DNA of 64,000 nucleotides, taken from positions 62,001-126,000 of the forward strand of contig NIVC01002414.1 of the NCBI GenBank assembly GCA_002269645.1, given 5' to 3'. A program made the position numbers and the translations under genes. The stretch is from Macrostomum lignano. Its lineage: Eukaryota. The notes below the pieces were generated by a model, which saw only the letters and a list, made by a program, of their open reading frames with translations, did no database searches and was not told the origin of the DNA. Shown here one piece after another: positions 12,428-25,487 of this stretch (the stretch's first letter is position 1; each line of letters begins with the position of its first letter).

Positions 12428-15400
12428 GCGTCATCTCCCCATCTTGTCTCCTTCACTTCTCTGTCATCTCCCCCATCTTGTCTCCTTAACTTCTCTGTCA
12501 TCTCCCCCATCTTGTCTCCTTCACTTCTCTGTCATCTCCCCCATCTTGTCTCCTTCACTTCTCTGTCATCTCCCCCATCTTGTCTCCTTCACTTCTCTGT
12601 CATCTCCCCCATCTTGTCTCCTTAACTTCTCTGTCATCTCCCCCATCTTGTCTCCTTAACTTCTCTGTCATCTCCCCCATCTTGTCTCCTTAACTTCTCT
12701 GTCATCTCCCCCATCTTGTCTCCTTAACTTCTCTGTCATCTCCCCCATCTTGTCTCCTTCACTTCTCTGTCATCTCCCCCATCTTGTCTCCTTCACTTCT
12801 CTGTCATCTCCCCCATCTTGTCTCCTTCACTTCTCTGTCATCTCCCCCATCTTGTCTCCTTCACTTCTCTGTCATCTCCCCCATCTTGTCTCCTTAACTT
12901 CTCTGTCATCTCCCCCATCTTGTCTCCTTCACTTCTCTGTTATCTCCCCCATCTTGTCTCCTTCACTTCTCTGTTATCTCCCCCATCTTGTCTCCTTCAC
13001 TTCTCTGTCATCTCCCCATCTTGTCTCCTTCACTTCTCTGTTATCTCCCCCATCTTGTCTCCTTCACTTCTCTGTTATCTCCCCCATCTTGTCTCCTTCA
13101 CTTCTCTGTCATCTCCCCATCTTGTCTCCTTCACTTCTCTGTCATCTCCCCCATCTTGTCTCCTTCACTTCTCTGTCATCTCCCCATCTTGTCTCCTTTA
13201 CTTCTCTGTCATCTCCCCATCTTGTCTCCTTAACTTCTCTGTCATCTCCCCCATCTTGTCTCCTTAACTTCTCTGTCATCTCCCCCATCTTGTCTCCTTC
13301 ACTTCTCTGTCATCTCCCCCATCTTGTCTCCTTAACTTCTCTGTCATCTCCCCATCTTGTCTCCTTAACTTCTCTGTCATCTCCCCATCTTGTCTCCTTC
13401 ACTTCTCTGTCATCTCCCCCATCTTGTCTCCTTAACTTCTCTGTCATCTCCCCATCTTGTCTCCTTAACTTCTCTGTCATCTCCCCCATCTTGTCTCCTT
13501 AACTTCTCTGTCATCTCCCCCATCTTGTCTCCTTAACTTCTCTGTCATCTCCCCCATCTTGTCTCCTTCACTTCTCTGTCATCTCGATCATCTTGTCTCC
13601 TTCACTTCTCTGTCATCTCCCCCATCTTGTTTCCTTCACTTCTCTGTCATCTCCCCCATCTTGTCTCCTTCACTTCTCTGTTATCTCCCCCATCTTGTCT
13701 CCTTAACTTCTCTGTCATCTCCCCCATCTTGTCTCCTTCACTTCTCTGTCATCTCCCCCATCTTGTTTCCTTCACTTCTCTGTCATCTCCCCCATCTTGT
13801 CTCCTTAACTTCTCTGTCATCTCCCCCATCTTGTCTCCTTCACTTCTCTGTCATCTCCCCCATCTTGTCTCCTTAACTTCTCTGTCATCTCCCCCATCTT
13901 GTCTCCTTAACTTCTCTGTCATCTCCCCATCTTGTCTCCTTCACTTCTCTGTCATCTCCCCCATCTTGTCTCCTTAACTTCTCTGTCATCTCCCCATCTT
14001 GTCTCCTTAACTTCTCTGTCATCTCCCCATCTTGTCTCCTTAACTTCTCTGTCATCTCCCCCATCTTGTCTCCTTAACTTCTCTGTCATCTCCCCATCTT
14101 GTCTCCTTAACTTCTCTGTCATCTCCCCCATCTTGTCTCCTTAACTTCTCTGTCATCTCCCCCATCTTGTCTCCTTCACTTCTCTGTCATCTCCCCCATC
14201 TTGTTCCTTCACTTCTCTGTCATCTCCCCCATCTTGTCTCCTTAACTTCTCTGTCATCTCCCCATCTTGTCTCCTTAACTTCTCTGTCATCTCCCCCATC
14301 TTGTCTCCTTCACTTCTCTGTCATCTCCCCCATCTTGTCTCCTTCACTTCTCTGTCATCTCGATCATCTTGTCTCCTTCACTTCTCTGTCATCTCCCCCA
14401 TCTTGTTTCCTTCACTTCTCTGTCATCTCCCCCATCTTGTCTCCTTAACTTCTCTGTCATCTCCCCCATCTTGTCTCCTTAACTTCTCTGTCATCTCCCC
14501 CATCTTGTCTCCTTCACTTCTCTGTCATCTCCCCCATCTTGTTTCCTTCACTTCTCTGTCATCTCCCCCATCTTGTCTCCTTAACTTCTCTGTCATCTCC
14601 CCCATCTTGTCTCCTTAACTTCTCTGTCATCTCGATCATCTTGTCTCCTTCACTTCTCTGTCATCTCCCCCATCTTGTCTCCTTCACTTCTCTGTCATCT
14701 CCCCCATCTTGTCTCCTTAACTTCTCTGTCATCTCCCCATCTTGTCTCCTTCACTTCTCTGTCATCTCCCCCATCTTGTCTCCTTCACTTCTCTGTCATC
14801 TCCCCCATCTTGTCTCCTTCACTTCTCTGTCATCTCCCCCATCTTGTCTCCTTCACTTCTCTGTCATCTCCCCCATCTTGTCTCCTTACTTCTCTGTCAT
14901 CTCCCCATCTTGTCTCCTTCACTTCTCTGTCATCTCCCCCATCTTGTCTCCTTCACTTCTCTGTCATCTCCCCCATCTTGTCTCCTTCACTTCTCTGTCA
15001 TCTCCCCCATCTTGTCTCCTTCACTTCTCTGTCATCTCCCCCATCTTGTTCCTTCACTTCTCTGTCATCTCCCCCATCTTGTCTCCTTCACTTCTCTGTC
15101 ATCTCCCCCATCTTGTCTCCTTCACTTCTCTGTCATCTCCCCCATCTTGTCTCCTTCACTTCTCTGTCATCTCCATCTTGTCTCCTTCACTTCTCTGTCA
15201 TCTCCCCCATCTTGTCTCCTTCACTTCTCTGTCATCTCCCCCATCTTGTCTCCTTCACTTCTCTGTCATCTCCCCCATCTTGTCTCCTTCACTTCTCTGT
15301 CATCTCCCCCATCTTGTTCCTTCACTTCTCTGTCATCTCCCCCATCTTGTCTCCTTCACTTCTCTGTCATCTCCCCCATCTTGTCTCCTTCACTTCTCTG

Positions 15401-18400
15401 TCATCTCCCCCATCTTGTTTCCTTCACTTCTCTGTCATCTCCCCCATCTTGTTTCCTTCACTTCTCTGTCATCTCCCCCATCTTGTTTCCTTCACTTCTC
15501 TGTCATCTCCCCCATCTTGTTCCTTCACTTCTCTGTCATCTCCCCCATCTTGTTTCCTTCACTTCTCTGTCATCTCCCCCATCTTGTCTCCTTAACTTCT
15601 CTGTCATCTCCCCCATCTTGTCTCCTTAACTTCTCTGTCATCTCCCCATCTTGTCTCCTTAACTTCTCTGTCATCTCCCCATCTTGTCTCCTTAACTTCT
15701 CTGTCATCTCCCCATCTTGTCTCCTTAACTTCTCTGTCATCTCCCCCATCTTGTCTCCTTAACTTCTCTGTCATCTCCCCCATCTTGTCTCCTTCACTTC
15801 TCTGTCATCTCCATCTTGTCTCCTTCACTTCTCTGTCATCTCCCCCATCTTGTTCCTTCACTTCTCTGTCATCTCCCCCATCTTGTCTCCTTAACTTCTC
15901 TGTCATCTCCCCCATCTTGTCTCCTTCACTTCTCTGTCATCTCCCCCATCTTGTCTCCTTCACTTCTCTGTCATCTCCCCCATCTTGTCTCCTTCACTTC
16001 TCTGTCATCTCCCCCATCTTGTCTCCTTAACTTCTCTGTCATCTCCCCCATCTTGTCTCCTTCACTTCTCTGTCATCTCCCCCATCTTGTCTCCTTCACT
16101 TCTCTGTCATCTCCATCTTGTCTCCTTCACTTCTCTGTCATCTCCCCCATCTTGTCTCCTTCACTTCTCTGTCATCTCCCCCATCTTGTCTCCTTCACTT
16201 CTCTGTCATCTCCCCCATCTTGTCTCCTTCACTTCTCTGTCATCTCCATCTTGTCTCCTTCACTTCTCTGTCATCTCCCCCATCTTGTCTCCTTCACTTC
16301 TCTGTCATCTCCCCCATCTTGTCTCCTTAACTTCTCTGTCATCTCCCCCATCTTGTCTCCTTAACTTCTCTGTCATCTCCCCCATCTTGTCTCCTTCACT
16401 TCTCTGTCATCTCCCCCATCTTGTCTCCTTCACTTCTCTGTCATCTCCCCCATCTTGTCTCCTTAACTTCTCTGTCATCTCCCCCATCTTGTCTCCTTAA
16501 CTTCTCTGTCATCTCCCCCATCTTGTCTCCTTCACTTCTCTGTCATCTCCCCCATCTTGTCTCCTTCACTTCTCTGTCATCTCCCCCATCTTGTCTCCTT
16601 CACTTCTCTGTCATCTCCCCCATCTTGTCTCCTTCACTTCTCTGTCATCTCCCCCATCTTGTCTCCTTCACTTCTCTGTCATCTCCCCCATCTTGTCTCC
16701 TTCACTTCTCTGTCATCTCCCCCATCTTGTCTCCTTCACTTCTCTGTCATCTCCCCCATCTTGTCTCCTTCACTTCTCTGTCATCTCCCCATCTTGTCTC
16801 CTTCACTTCTCTGTCATCTCCCCCATCTTGTCTCCTTCACTTCTCTGTCATCTCCCCCATCTTGTCTCCTTCACTTCTCTGTCATCTCCCCCATCTTGTC
16901 TCCTTCACTTCTCTGTCATCTCCCCCATCTTGTCTCCTTCACTTCTCTGTCATCTCCCCCATCTTGTCTCCTTCACTTCTCTGTCATCTCCCCCATCTTG
17001 TCTCCTTCACTTCTCTGTCATCTCCCCCATCTTGTCTCCTTCACTTCTCTGTCATCTCCCCCATCTTGTCTCCTTCACTTCTCTGTCATCTCCCCCATCT
17101 TGTCTCCTTCACTTCTCTGTCATCTCCCCCATCTTGTCTCCTTCACTTCTCTGTCATCTCCCCCATCTTGTCTCCTTCACTTCTCTGTCATCTCCCCCAT
17201 CTTGTCTCCTTCACTTCTCTGTCATCTCCCCCATCTTGTCTCCTTCACTTCTCTGTCATCTCCCCCATCTTGTTTCCTTCACTTCTCTGTCATCTCCCCC
17301 ATCTTGTTTCCTTCACTTCTCTGTCATCTCCCCCATCTTGTTTCCTTCACTTCTCTGTCATCTCCCCCATCTTGTTTCCTTCACTTCTCTGTCATCTCCC
17401 CCATCTTGTTCCTTCACTTCTCTGTCATCTCCCCCATCTTGTCTCCTTAACTTCTCTGTCATCTCCCCCATCTTGTCTCCTTAACTTCTCTGTCATCTCC
17501 CCCATCTTGTCTCCTTAACTTCTCTGTCATCTCCCCCATCTTGTCTCCTTAACTTCTCTGTCATCTCCCCCATCTTGTCTCCTTAACTTCTCTGTCATCT
17601 CCCCCATCTTGTCTCCTTAACTTCTCTGTCATCTCCCCCATCTTGTCTCCTTCACTTCTCTGTCATCTCCCCCATCTTGTCTCCTTCACTTCTCTGTCAT
17701 CTCCCCCATCTTGTCTCCTTCACTTCTCTGTCATCTCCCCCATCTTGTCTCCTTCACTTCTCTGTCATCTCCCCCATCTTGTCTCCTTCACTTCTCTGTC
17801 ATCTCCCCCATCTTGTCTCCTTCACTTCTCTGTCATCTCCCCCATCTTGTCTCCTTCACTTCTCTGTCATCTCCCCCATCTTGTCTCCTTACTTCTCTGT
17901 CATCTCCCCCATCTTGTCTCCTTCACTTCTCTGTCATCTCCCCCATCTTGTCTCCTTCACTTCTCTGTCATCTCCCCCATCTTGTCTCCTTCACTTCTCT
18001 GTCATCTCCCCCATCTTGTCTCCTTCACTTCTCTGTCATCTCCCCCATCTTGTCTCCTTCACTTCTCTGTCATCTCCCCATCTTGTCTCCTTCACTTCTC
18101 TGTCATCTCCCCCATCTTGTCTCCTTCACTTCTCTGTCATCTCCCCCATCTTGTCTCCTTCACTTCTCTGTCATCTCCCCCATCTTGTCTCCTTCACTTC
18201 TCTGTCATCTCCCCCATCTTGTCTCCTTCACTTCTCTGTCATCTCCCCCATCTTGTCTCCTTCACTTCTCTGTCATCTCCCCCATCTTGTCTCCTTCACT
18301 TCTCTGTCATCTCCCCCATCTTGTCTCCTTCACTTCTCTGTCATCTCCCCCATCTTGTCTCCTTCACTTCTCTGTCATCTCCCCCATCTTGTCTCCTTCA

Positions 18401-18480
18401 CTTCTCTGTCATCTCGATCATCTTGTCATCTCCATCTATTCTCTGTCATCTCGATCATCTTGTCTCCCATCTATGTCTCC
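12428..18480 (+). repeat. 6-kb array of a 34-bp pyrimidine-rich unit (TCATCTCCCCCATCTTGTCTCCTTCACTTCTCTG)
   Basis: About 175-180 highly homogeneous copies; source of the SPSLLCHLPHLV ORFs. Confidence 0.97.
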
Positions 18481-19879
18481 TCTTCTCTGTAGTCTCCTTC
18501 ATCTTGTCTCATTCTCTTCTTTCTTTCTCTCTCTCCCTCCATATCCACCTCTACGCAGAGGCGCAACAATAATTGCCAATAATTCACGCAGACGCAGGTA
18601 ATGGAGCAAGAAATGTTTTTTACCTTTTACACCTTTTAACCATTTCTAAAATTTAGCACCTACACTGATTGCTGGATTGAAATGTTTTGTACACTATTTT
18701 CCTTATATGATATGCCTCATGGGCGCAGCTAAATCTGCTCATCAAACTACGCAATAGGCGCAGGTGTTAGTTTATATTATACTTAACTAATCTTAATATT
18801 TTAGCTACGGACTATAACTATATATAATGTCGTAGCGTTTCTTACTGCGGCAATTTTTATAGTTTTATATTTTTCTCACGAAGTTCAGTCAAATTGGCTT
18901 TGACCCTGGTGCTCTGCTCTAGTTCCAGGCCTGTATATATTCCTACTCTTTGAACTTTGATGCTTTATTAGCTAGACCAGTTTTTACTGGCCTAAAAACT
19001 TGCGAAATGTTACTACATTTTTTTCAATGCCTTGCCTTTCTCCAATTATCGTGTGATTTTATATTCTTATCTATCTATCTACACGGCATAAGCGAGTGTA
19101 GCGGTATTGCTTTATTTTCCGCTCTTAGCAAAGAGATAACGATTAACGCTGATAAGAGGAAAGGACATTAATTTCTAGTGCTGTTCCGCTATGTTCTGCA
19201 TGTGGCAATTCTACTGAACTGAACACAGTTGACAGCTCCGCAAGCAGCAAAAAAGTAAAGCAACATCCAACAGTGTCCGGTTGTTGTTCCAATTTTCGGA
19301 GTTTTTGGCCTACTCTAATCGACTCCACTTCAACTTCATCCTTTCCCATTTTGGTATTGCAAGCGCGTAGGCGCGTAGGCTATTTTTAGAACAAGTCATC
19401 GGGGTTTCCTTCCTCCTTTCCTTACCCTCGTCCTTCTCTCTATTACCCCAGGGGCTTTGAGCCAAACGGGGGCTTGGACTAAAATGGGCCTGCAGTTAAT
19501 AATCACGCCACCCGCGACCAACCCCTCCAAGCCCGCCACTCAGCCCCACCACCCCACACTGTCCGACCAGTAAAAATCGGGGCTCCCAGTGTACACCAGC
19601 TTTCACCACGTCATCCCTGTAACCCTATCTGCCCTGTGTCTGCACCCTGTGTGTACATTTAAAGGTTTATGGTGGGTTTGTTCGCATGCATTTCACATTA
19701 TATACTCGTATATACATACGGAATAAAATTCCCCCACTTGTTAAACGCGTCAAGTTTCAAGCTCTCAAGCTCCGAGCTTTGGCTTTGGCTTAGGGCTTAA
19801 TCCTTTCAACGTTAACAGCATAAGCCGGAAAAAAACTATAAAGTATATCGAAGTACAGTCAATTTGCTTTAATAGAGAA

Positions 19880-21378
19880 ATGACCCGCCTGTTCTCCTCC
19901 CTCACGCATTATCTTCGAGACGGCGATCAAGAAGATGAAAATAATCGAAGGCGAAGAGGTAGTAGTAGCGGAATTGCAGCAAAAGATGGCACCAAAACCA
20001 AAGGCTTGTCAGAAGAAGAGGTAAGTAAATTGTGATTTTTTCTCTTATTATTGAGCCTTAAATAGAAGGAACGGTATAAGCTCGAGACCCAGATCAAAAT
20101 TCAAAAGTAATAAAAATATGGGGCTTGTTCGTATTAAAATTTATAATCATTGAGAATGTTCGCATCCGTCAATAAACGAAAAGCAAATTTCAAATTGCAT
20201 TTCTTCAAAAAGCTTGTCTTTCTCAAATGCTACTACTATGAGTATGTTAAAGTAGTACATTAGATATTTAATTATAATCATGTAATCAGCGTTTTTCACT
20301 AAATTACAGGTGTCGCAACTACTCGCTCAACGACCAGCTCTTCTAGAAGCTGCCTGGAATCTTTTGCAGGATAAAGATTGGCAGCCAGCAGTTGAAAAAG
20401 GCTCAGTTCGAGTTTTGTCGCAGAAATCGCGTCATAGGACAAGCGGAAAGGCGTGGCGATTAGAGACTCTGGTTAATCTGTCAGCTGATCGGATGTTTGA
20501 AGAGGTGCGACATTGTAGCTATTATCTAGATGCAAAATTTCATAAATCATATTCGCAGATCCTAAATCCGATATTTCATATTTCATAATCCCAGATCCCA
20601 AATCATAAGTTTCATATTTCATCATCCCAGATCCTCAAATTCGAAATTTCATATTTCATAATCCCAGATCCCAAATCCTAAGCTTCATATTTCATCATCC
20701 CAGATCCTCAAATCAGAAATTTCATATTTCATAATCCCAGATCCCAAATCCTAAGCTTCATATTTCATCATCCCAGATCCTCAAATCAGAAATTTCATAT
20801 TTCATAATCCCAGATCCTCAAATCTCAAATTTCATATTTCATAATTTCAAATCCCAATTCCAAAATTTAATTTTTCATAATTTCATATATTATTGTCCCA
20901 GTTCTGCAGTTCTCTATTATCTCATTCTAGCTAATTCCGAATCCCGATTCCCAACGCCTTAAACCCGGAACTACTTAAATCCGCAGGTGTGGGATCGAGT
21001 CGATCAGCAGCCTTCGTGGAATCCTAATCTCATTCTGTCCGAAGTTGTCGCCCGCCTTAGTCCGGACGCGACTATTCTGCACAACGCCACGGCCGACACC
21101 GCGGGCGGCCTCATCAAAGCGCGCGACTTTGTCACCCTGTGCGTCCGGGATCGACGGTCTGGAGTGCAGTTCACTGGCGGTGCGGCCATCGAGACCGCCC
21201 TGGTGCCGCCGGAGACCAAGCGATTCGTTAGGGGCGAGAATTTCCCTGGCTGCATCGCCTGCCTGCCCGTGACGTCATACTCCTGCACTCTGGTGTGGAT
21301 TATGGACTCCGATATTAAGGTGGGTCTGTGTGTCTGTCTGTCTGGCTGGCTGGCTGTCTGTCTGTCTGGCTGGCTGGC

Positions 21379-21427
<49 letters not shown>

Positions 21428-21478
21428 GGCTGGCTGGCTGGCTGGCTGGCTGTCTGTCTGTCTGGCTGGCTGGCTGGC

Positions 21479-21551
<73 letters not shown>

Positions 21552-21594
21552 GGCTGGCTGGCTGTCTGTCTGGCTGGCTGGCTGGCTGGCTGGC

Positions 21595-21627
<33 letters not shown>

Positions 21628-21642
21628 GCCTGGCTGGCTGGC

Positions 21643-21683
<41 letters not shown>

Positions 21684-21766
21684 GGCTGTCTGTCTGTCTG
21701 GCTGGCTGGCTGGCTGTCTGTCTGGCTGGCTGGCTGGCTGTCTGTCTGTCTGTCTGTCTGTCTGGC

Positions 21767-21801
<35 letters not shown>

Positions 21802-22386
21802 GTGTCTGTCTGTGTGTCTGTGTCCAACCTGTCTAATTGGAGTGTCCCCTCTGTCTAATTGGAGTGTCCCCTCTGTCTAATTGGAGTGTCCCCTCTGTCT
21901 AATTTGAGTGTCCTACCTGTATAATCTGAGTGTCCTGCCTGTCTTATCTGAGTGTCCTACCTGTCTAATCTGAGTTTCCTGCCTGTCTTATCTGAGTGTC
22001 CTACCTGTCTAATCTGAGTGTCCTACCTGTCTAATCTGAGTGTCCTACCTGTCTAATCTGAGTGTCCTACCTGTCTAATCTGAGTGTCCTACCTGTCTAA
22101 TCTGAGTGTACTGCCTGTCTGTCTATAATCACTCAAGGACTACTCAAGGAACTACTTAAGTTGTCCTTGTAATCACTATCGATCCTTAACTCACAAGACC
22201 GCAACCAACGCCGCCCCCCCCCCCAATGCTACTGCTCAGGGCTGGATCCCCACTGGCATCATTGACTCGGCCATGGCCAATGTGATCGCCCAACTCGGCC
22301 AAAGCATTCAACAGTTGGCCAGCAAAATTTTGGTTAAAGAGAAGCGCACAATTTCAATTGCGGATGACGACAAACCTTCCAGCTAG
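19880..22386 (+). CDS. START-domain lipid-transfer protein, StAR/STARD3 subfamily, join(19880..20020,20310..20504,20987..21319,22240..22386), 271 aa
   Basis: Motifs QPSWNPNL, AGGLIKARDFV, RGENFPG and DSDIK|GWIP. All three introns are phase-0 GT-AG. AATAAA at 22664. No MENTAL domain seen. Confidence 0.88.
20575..20850 (+). repeat. Alternating 36/37-bp minisatellite (CATATTTCATAATCCCAGATCC...) in START intron 2
   Basis: About 7 units forming a 73-bp dimer. Confidence 0.8.
21325..22120 (+). repeat. (GTCT/GGCT)n microsatellite followed by a 22-bp minisatellite (CCTGTCTAATCTGAGTGTCCTA) in START intron 3
   Basis: Microsatellite 21325-21825; 22-bp unit 21828-22120. Confidence 0.92.
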
Positions 22387-23384
22387 CCGTTGCAATTCTT
22401 TCGTCACGTGATGAGCTGCCTAGTATGATCACAGATACTAAAATAGCTAGATGGGCCACTCAGGCATATATAACAGCTTTCTACTTGCAGTTCAGTAGCA
22501 AATAAGAATACATAAGCTATTTTATAAAGAAGGCTTAGAAGCCCAGTTTTAGAAGCCCAAGCTTGCAGGCGTAAACAGCTTTCTAATTGGTTCAGCAATA
22601 ATGTACATTGGCCAGTCCACTGAAATGTACATGGCAGCTTTAGGCTGGAATTCCGAGAAAGGCAATAAAAATTGGGGCGGGGCGGGGGTGTGGAAAGGCG
22701 CGGTTGGAGGGAGGGTTTAAGCTGGGGGTAAGAGGTAATAAATGAGCCTTGGCATTAAAAATACATTAAAATGCTTCCGTTTAACTTGCTACTGAACTGA
22801 AAGTAGCTTAAACGCAAATGTGCTAAGTGGCCCATCTAGTTATTATGGTATCTGTGAATATGATAAAATAGACTATTTTTTAATTGCAGTTGTTACCAGG
22901 ACTTCCAGCAGATGTAATACTTGTCGCTAATTATGATGTTTTTTGCTTTCAGAATTATAAAAAAAGTACTCGTGTAACATGTAAACACTCCGTCAAATAA
23001 TTTCTGTTAATGCGCCAGCTGTACTGTACACATCTTATACTGTTTGCCACATTATTTGTTTGCATAGAAATTTACATACAACTACTTGTACTGCACTGTT
23101 GATTATGAACAAATCAACTCAAAATCGATGCTTGTTGAATTTTGAATTTCGAATTTTAAATTAATTTTATAATTGAACATTCAAAAAATTGTTAATATAA
23201 TTATTTATTATCTGTTGTTTTCTAAATGGAACTATTTGTTTGTTAATAAATCAAAGTCCCATTGGCGAGTTTTAATAAATCCGCTTGAATCGCTTAGAAA
23301 AATGATTTTTTCGGTAATTTTATTGCCTTAATTCATTTAATGAAATGTCATTGATGGACATCTTGACTGTTTACTTACTGTGCT

Positions 23385-24520
23385 GGCGGATCAAAGTCGT
23401 GACTGATTGAGAGGGTGCTGATGGATCAAAGTCGTGACTGATTGAGAGGGTGCTGATGGATCAAAATCGTGACTGTTTGAGAGGGTGCTGATGGATCAAA
23501 ATCGTGACTGTTTGAGAGGGTGCTGACAGATCAAAATCGTGACTGTTTGAGAGGGTGCTGATGGATCAAAATCGTGACTGTTTGAGAGGGTGCTGATGGA
23601 TCAAAATCGTGACTGTTTGAGAGGGTGCTGATGGATCAAAGTCGTGACTGATTGAGAGGGTGCTGATGGATCAAAATCGTGACTGTTTGAGAGGGTGCTG
23701 ATGGATCAAAATCGTGACTGTTTGAGAGGGTGCTGATGGATCAAAATCGTGACTGTTTGAGAGGGTGCTGATGGATCAAAATCGTGACTGTTTGAGAGGG
23801 TGCTGATGGATCAAAGTCGTGACTGATTGAGAGGGTGCTGATGGATCAAAGTCGTGACTGTTTGAGAGGGTGCTGATGGATCAAAATCGTGACTGTTTGA
23901 GAGGGTGCTGATGGATCAAAATCGTGACTGTTTGAGAGGGTGCTGATGGATCAAAATCGTGACTGTTTGAGAGGGTGCTGATGGATCAAAATCGTGACTG
24001 TTTGAGAGGGTGCTGATGGATCAAAGTCGTGACTGTTTGAGAGGGTGCTGATGGATCAAAGTCGTGACTGTGTTGAGAGGGTGCTGATGGATCAAAATCG
24101 TGACTGTTTGAGAGGGTGCTGATGGATCAAAATCGTGACTGATTGAGAGGGTGCTGACAGATCAAAGTCGTGACTGTTTGAGAGGGTGCTGACAGATCAA
24201 AATCGTGACTGATTGAGAGGGTGCTGACAGATCAAAATCGTGACTGATTGAGAGGGTGCTCACAGATCAAAATCGTGACTGTTTGAGAGGGTGCTGACAG
24301 ATCAAAATCGTGACTGTTTGAGAGGGTGCTGACAGATCAAAATCGTGACTGTTTGAGAGGGTGCTGACAGATCAAAATCGTGACTTTTTTAGAGGGTGCT
24401 ACAAGATCAAAATCGTGACTGATTGAGAGGGTGCTGACATGCAGATCAAAATCGTGACTGTTTTAGAGGGTGCTGACAGATCAAAATCATGACTGTTTGA
24501 GAGGGTGCTGATGGATCAAG
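23385..24520 (+). repeat. 35-bp minisatellite (CGTGACTGTTTGAGAGGGTGCTGATGGATCAAAAT)
   Basis: About 32 tandem copies. Confidence 0.95.
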
Positions 24521-24959
24521 ATGCTAACAGTTCTTTATGGTACTGACGTGTGAAAATCATGTAATTTCAGAGCAATAGAATACATGCAAGTGTAAGTGTT
24601 GCATAGGCACACATTTAATTCAGTTAAAAGTATAACTCAATACCCGACTTAAGAATACTGCAACAGTACTATATACGAGTAGATACTTGCGCGACTTTGT
24701 CTATGGTCGTAAGTGTTGCAGCGAATTCAAATTCCTTACTCTGAGCCCCAGATGCTGGGACGCAGACTTTTCAACATCTGTTCCAGTTAGGTGACATTTT
24801 TAGTGAATCCTTGCTTCGTAGAATTGAAATATAAACTGTAGTATTGCGTTATCTTTGGGAGTTTATAATAATGTAGGGTTTCCAGTTGTTAACCTGAATA
24901 ATTTCTACTCTACTATTGAATCAGCTAAACAACTGCAGTCAGAATATAAAGACAGACAA

Positions 24960-25454
24960 ATGGAGGATACCATTGCCTATCACCATCAGCAGCAGCAACA
25001 GCAGCAGAACACAGCGTTTGTAGCGGCGTCGACCACGGCTCAACAGTCGCTGTCAGTGGCGGAGACTTCCTCATCATCCGGTGCCGCCGTTGTTTCTCTG
25101 TCCTCGGCGTCCTCTGTTCACGCCGCCGCTGCAGCCGCCGCCGCAGCCGCCGCCGCCGCCGCAGCAACAGCTGCTGCCGCCTCCACGGTGCAGTGCTGCG
25201 ACTGCCAGCTGTGCCAGGCGCGCGACCTCATGGCCTGGGCGCGGCAGGCGGCTCGGTCAGGGGCCTACTCGTGCGCCCCCGGCTACGCTGCCGTGATGCT
25301 CGCGCCGCCGCAGCAGCCGACCGACGGCCTCTACCCAATGCAGAATCCGTCCACGGCCGGCCTAGCCGCTGAGATGCAGCATCAGCAGCATCATCAGCAT
25401 CAGCAGCAGAGCTTGCATCATCTGCAGTTGAATACGCAGCATCAACATCAGCAT

Positions 25455-25487
<33 letters not shown>

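Noticed and set aside
12167-18601. ORFs up to 407 aa (SPSLLCHLPHLV...)
   Set aside because: The 34-bp unit is stop-poor in all three plus frames; these are repeat artefacts.
18838-18870. TCTTACTGCG...CAATTT resembling a flatworm spliced-leader sequence as I recall it
   Set aside because: Only about 10 nt match, with no following GT donor or Sm site; my recall of the SL is unverified.
23385-24520. 35-bp direct repeats of CRISPR-like length (also the 36-bp array at 36055-39060)
   Set aside because: Head-to-tail with no unique spacers, no cas genes, eukaryotic context.
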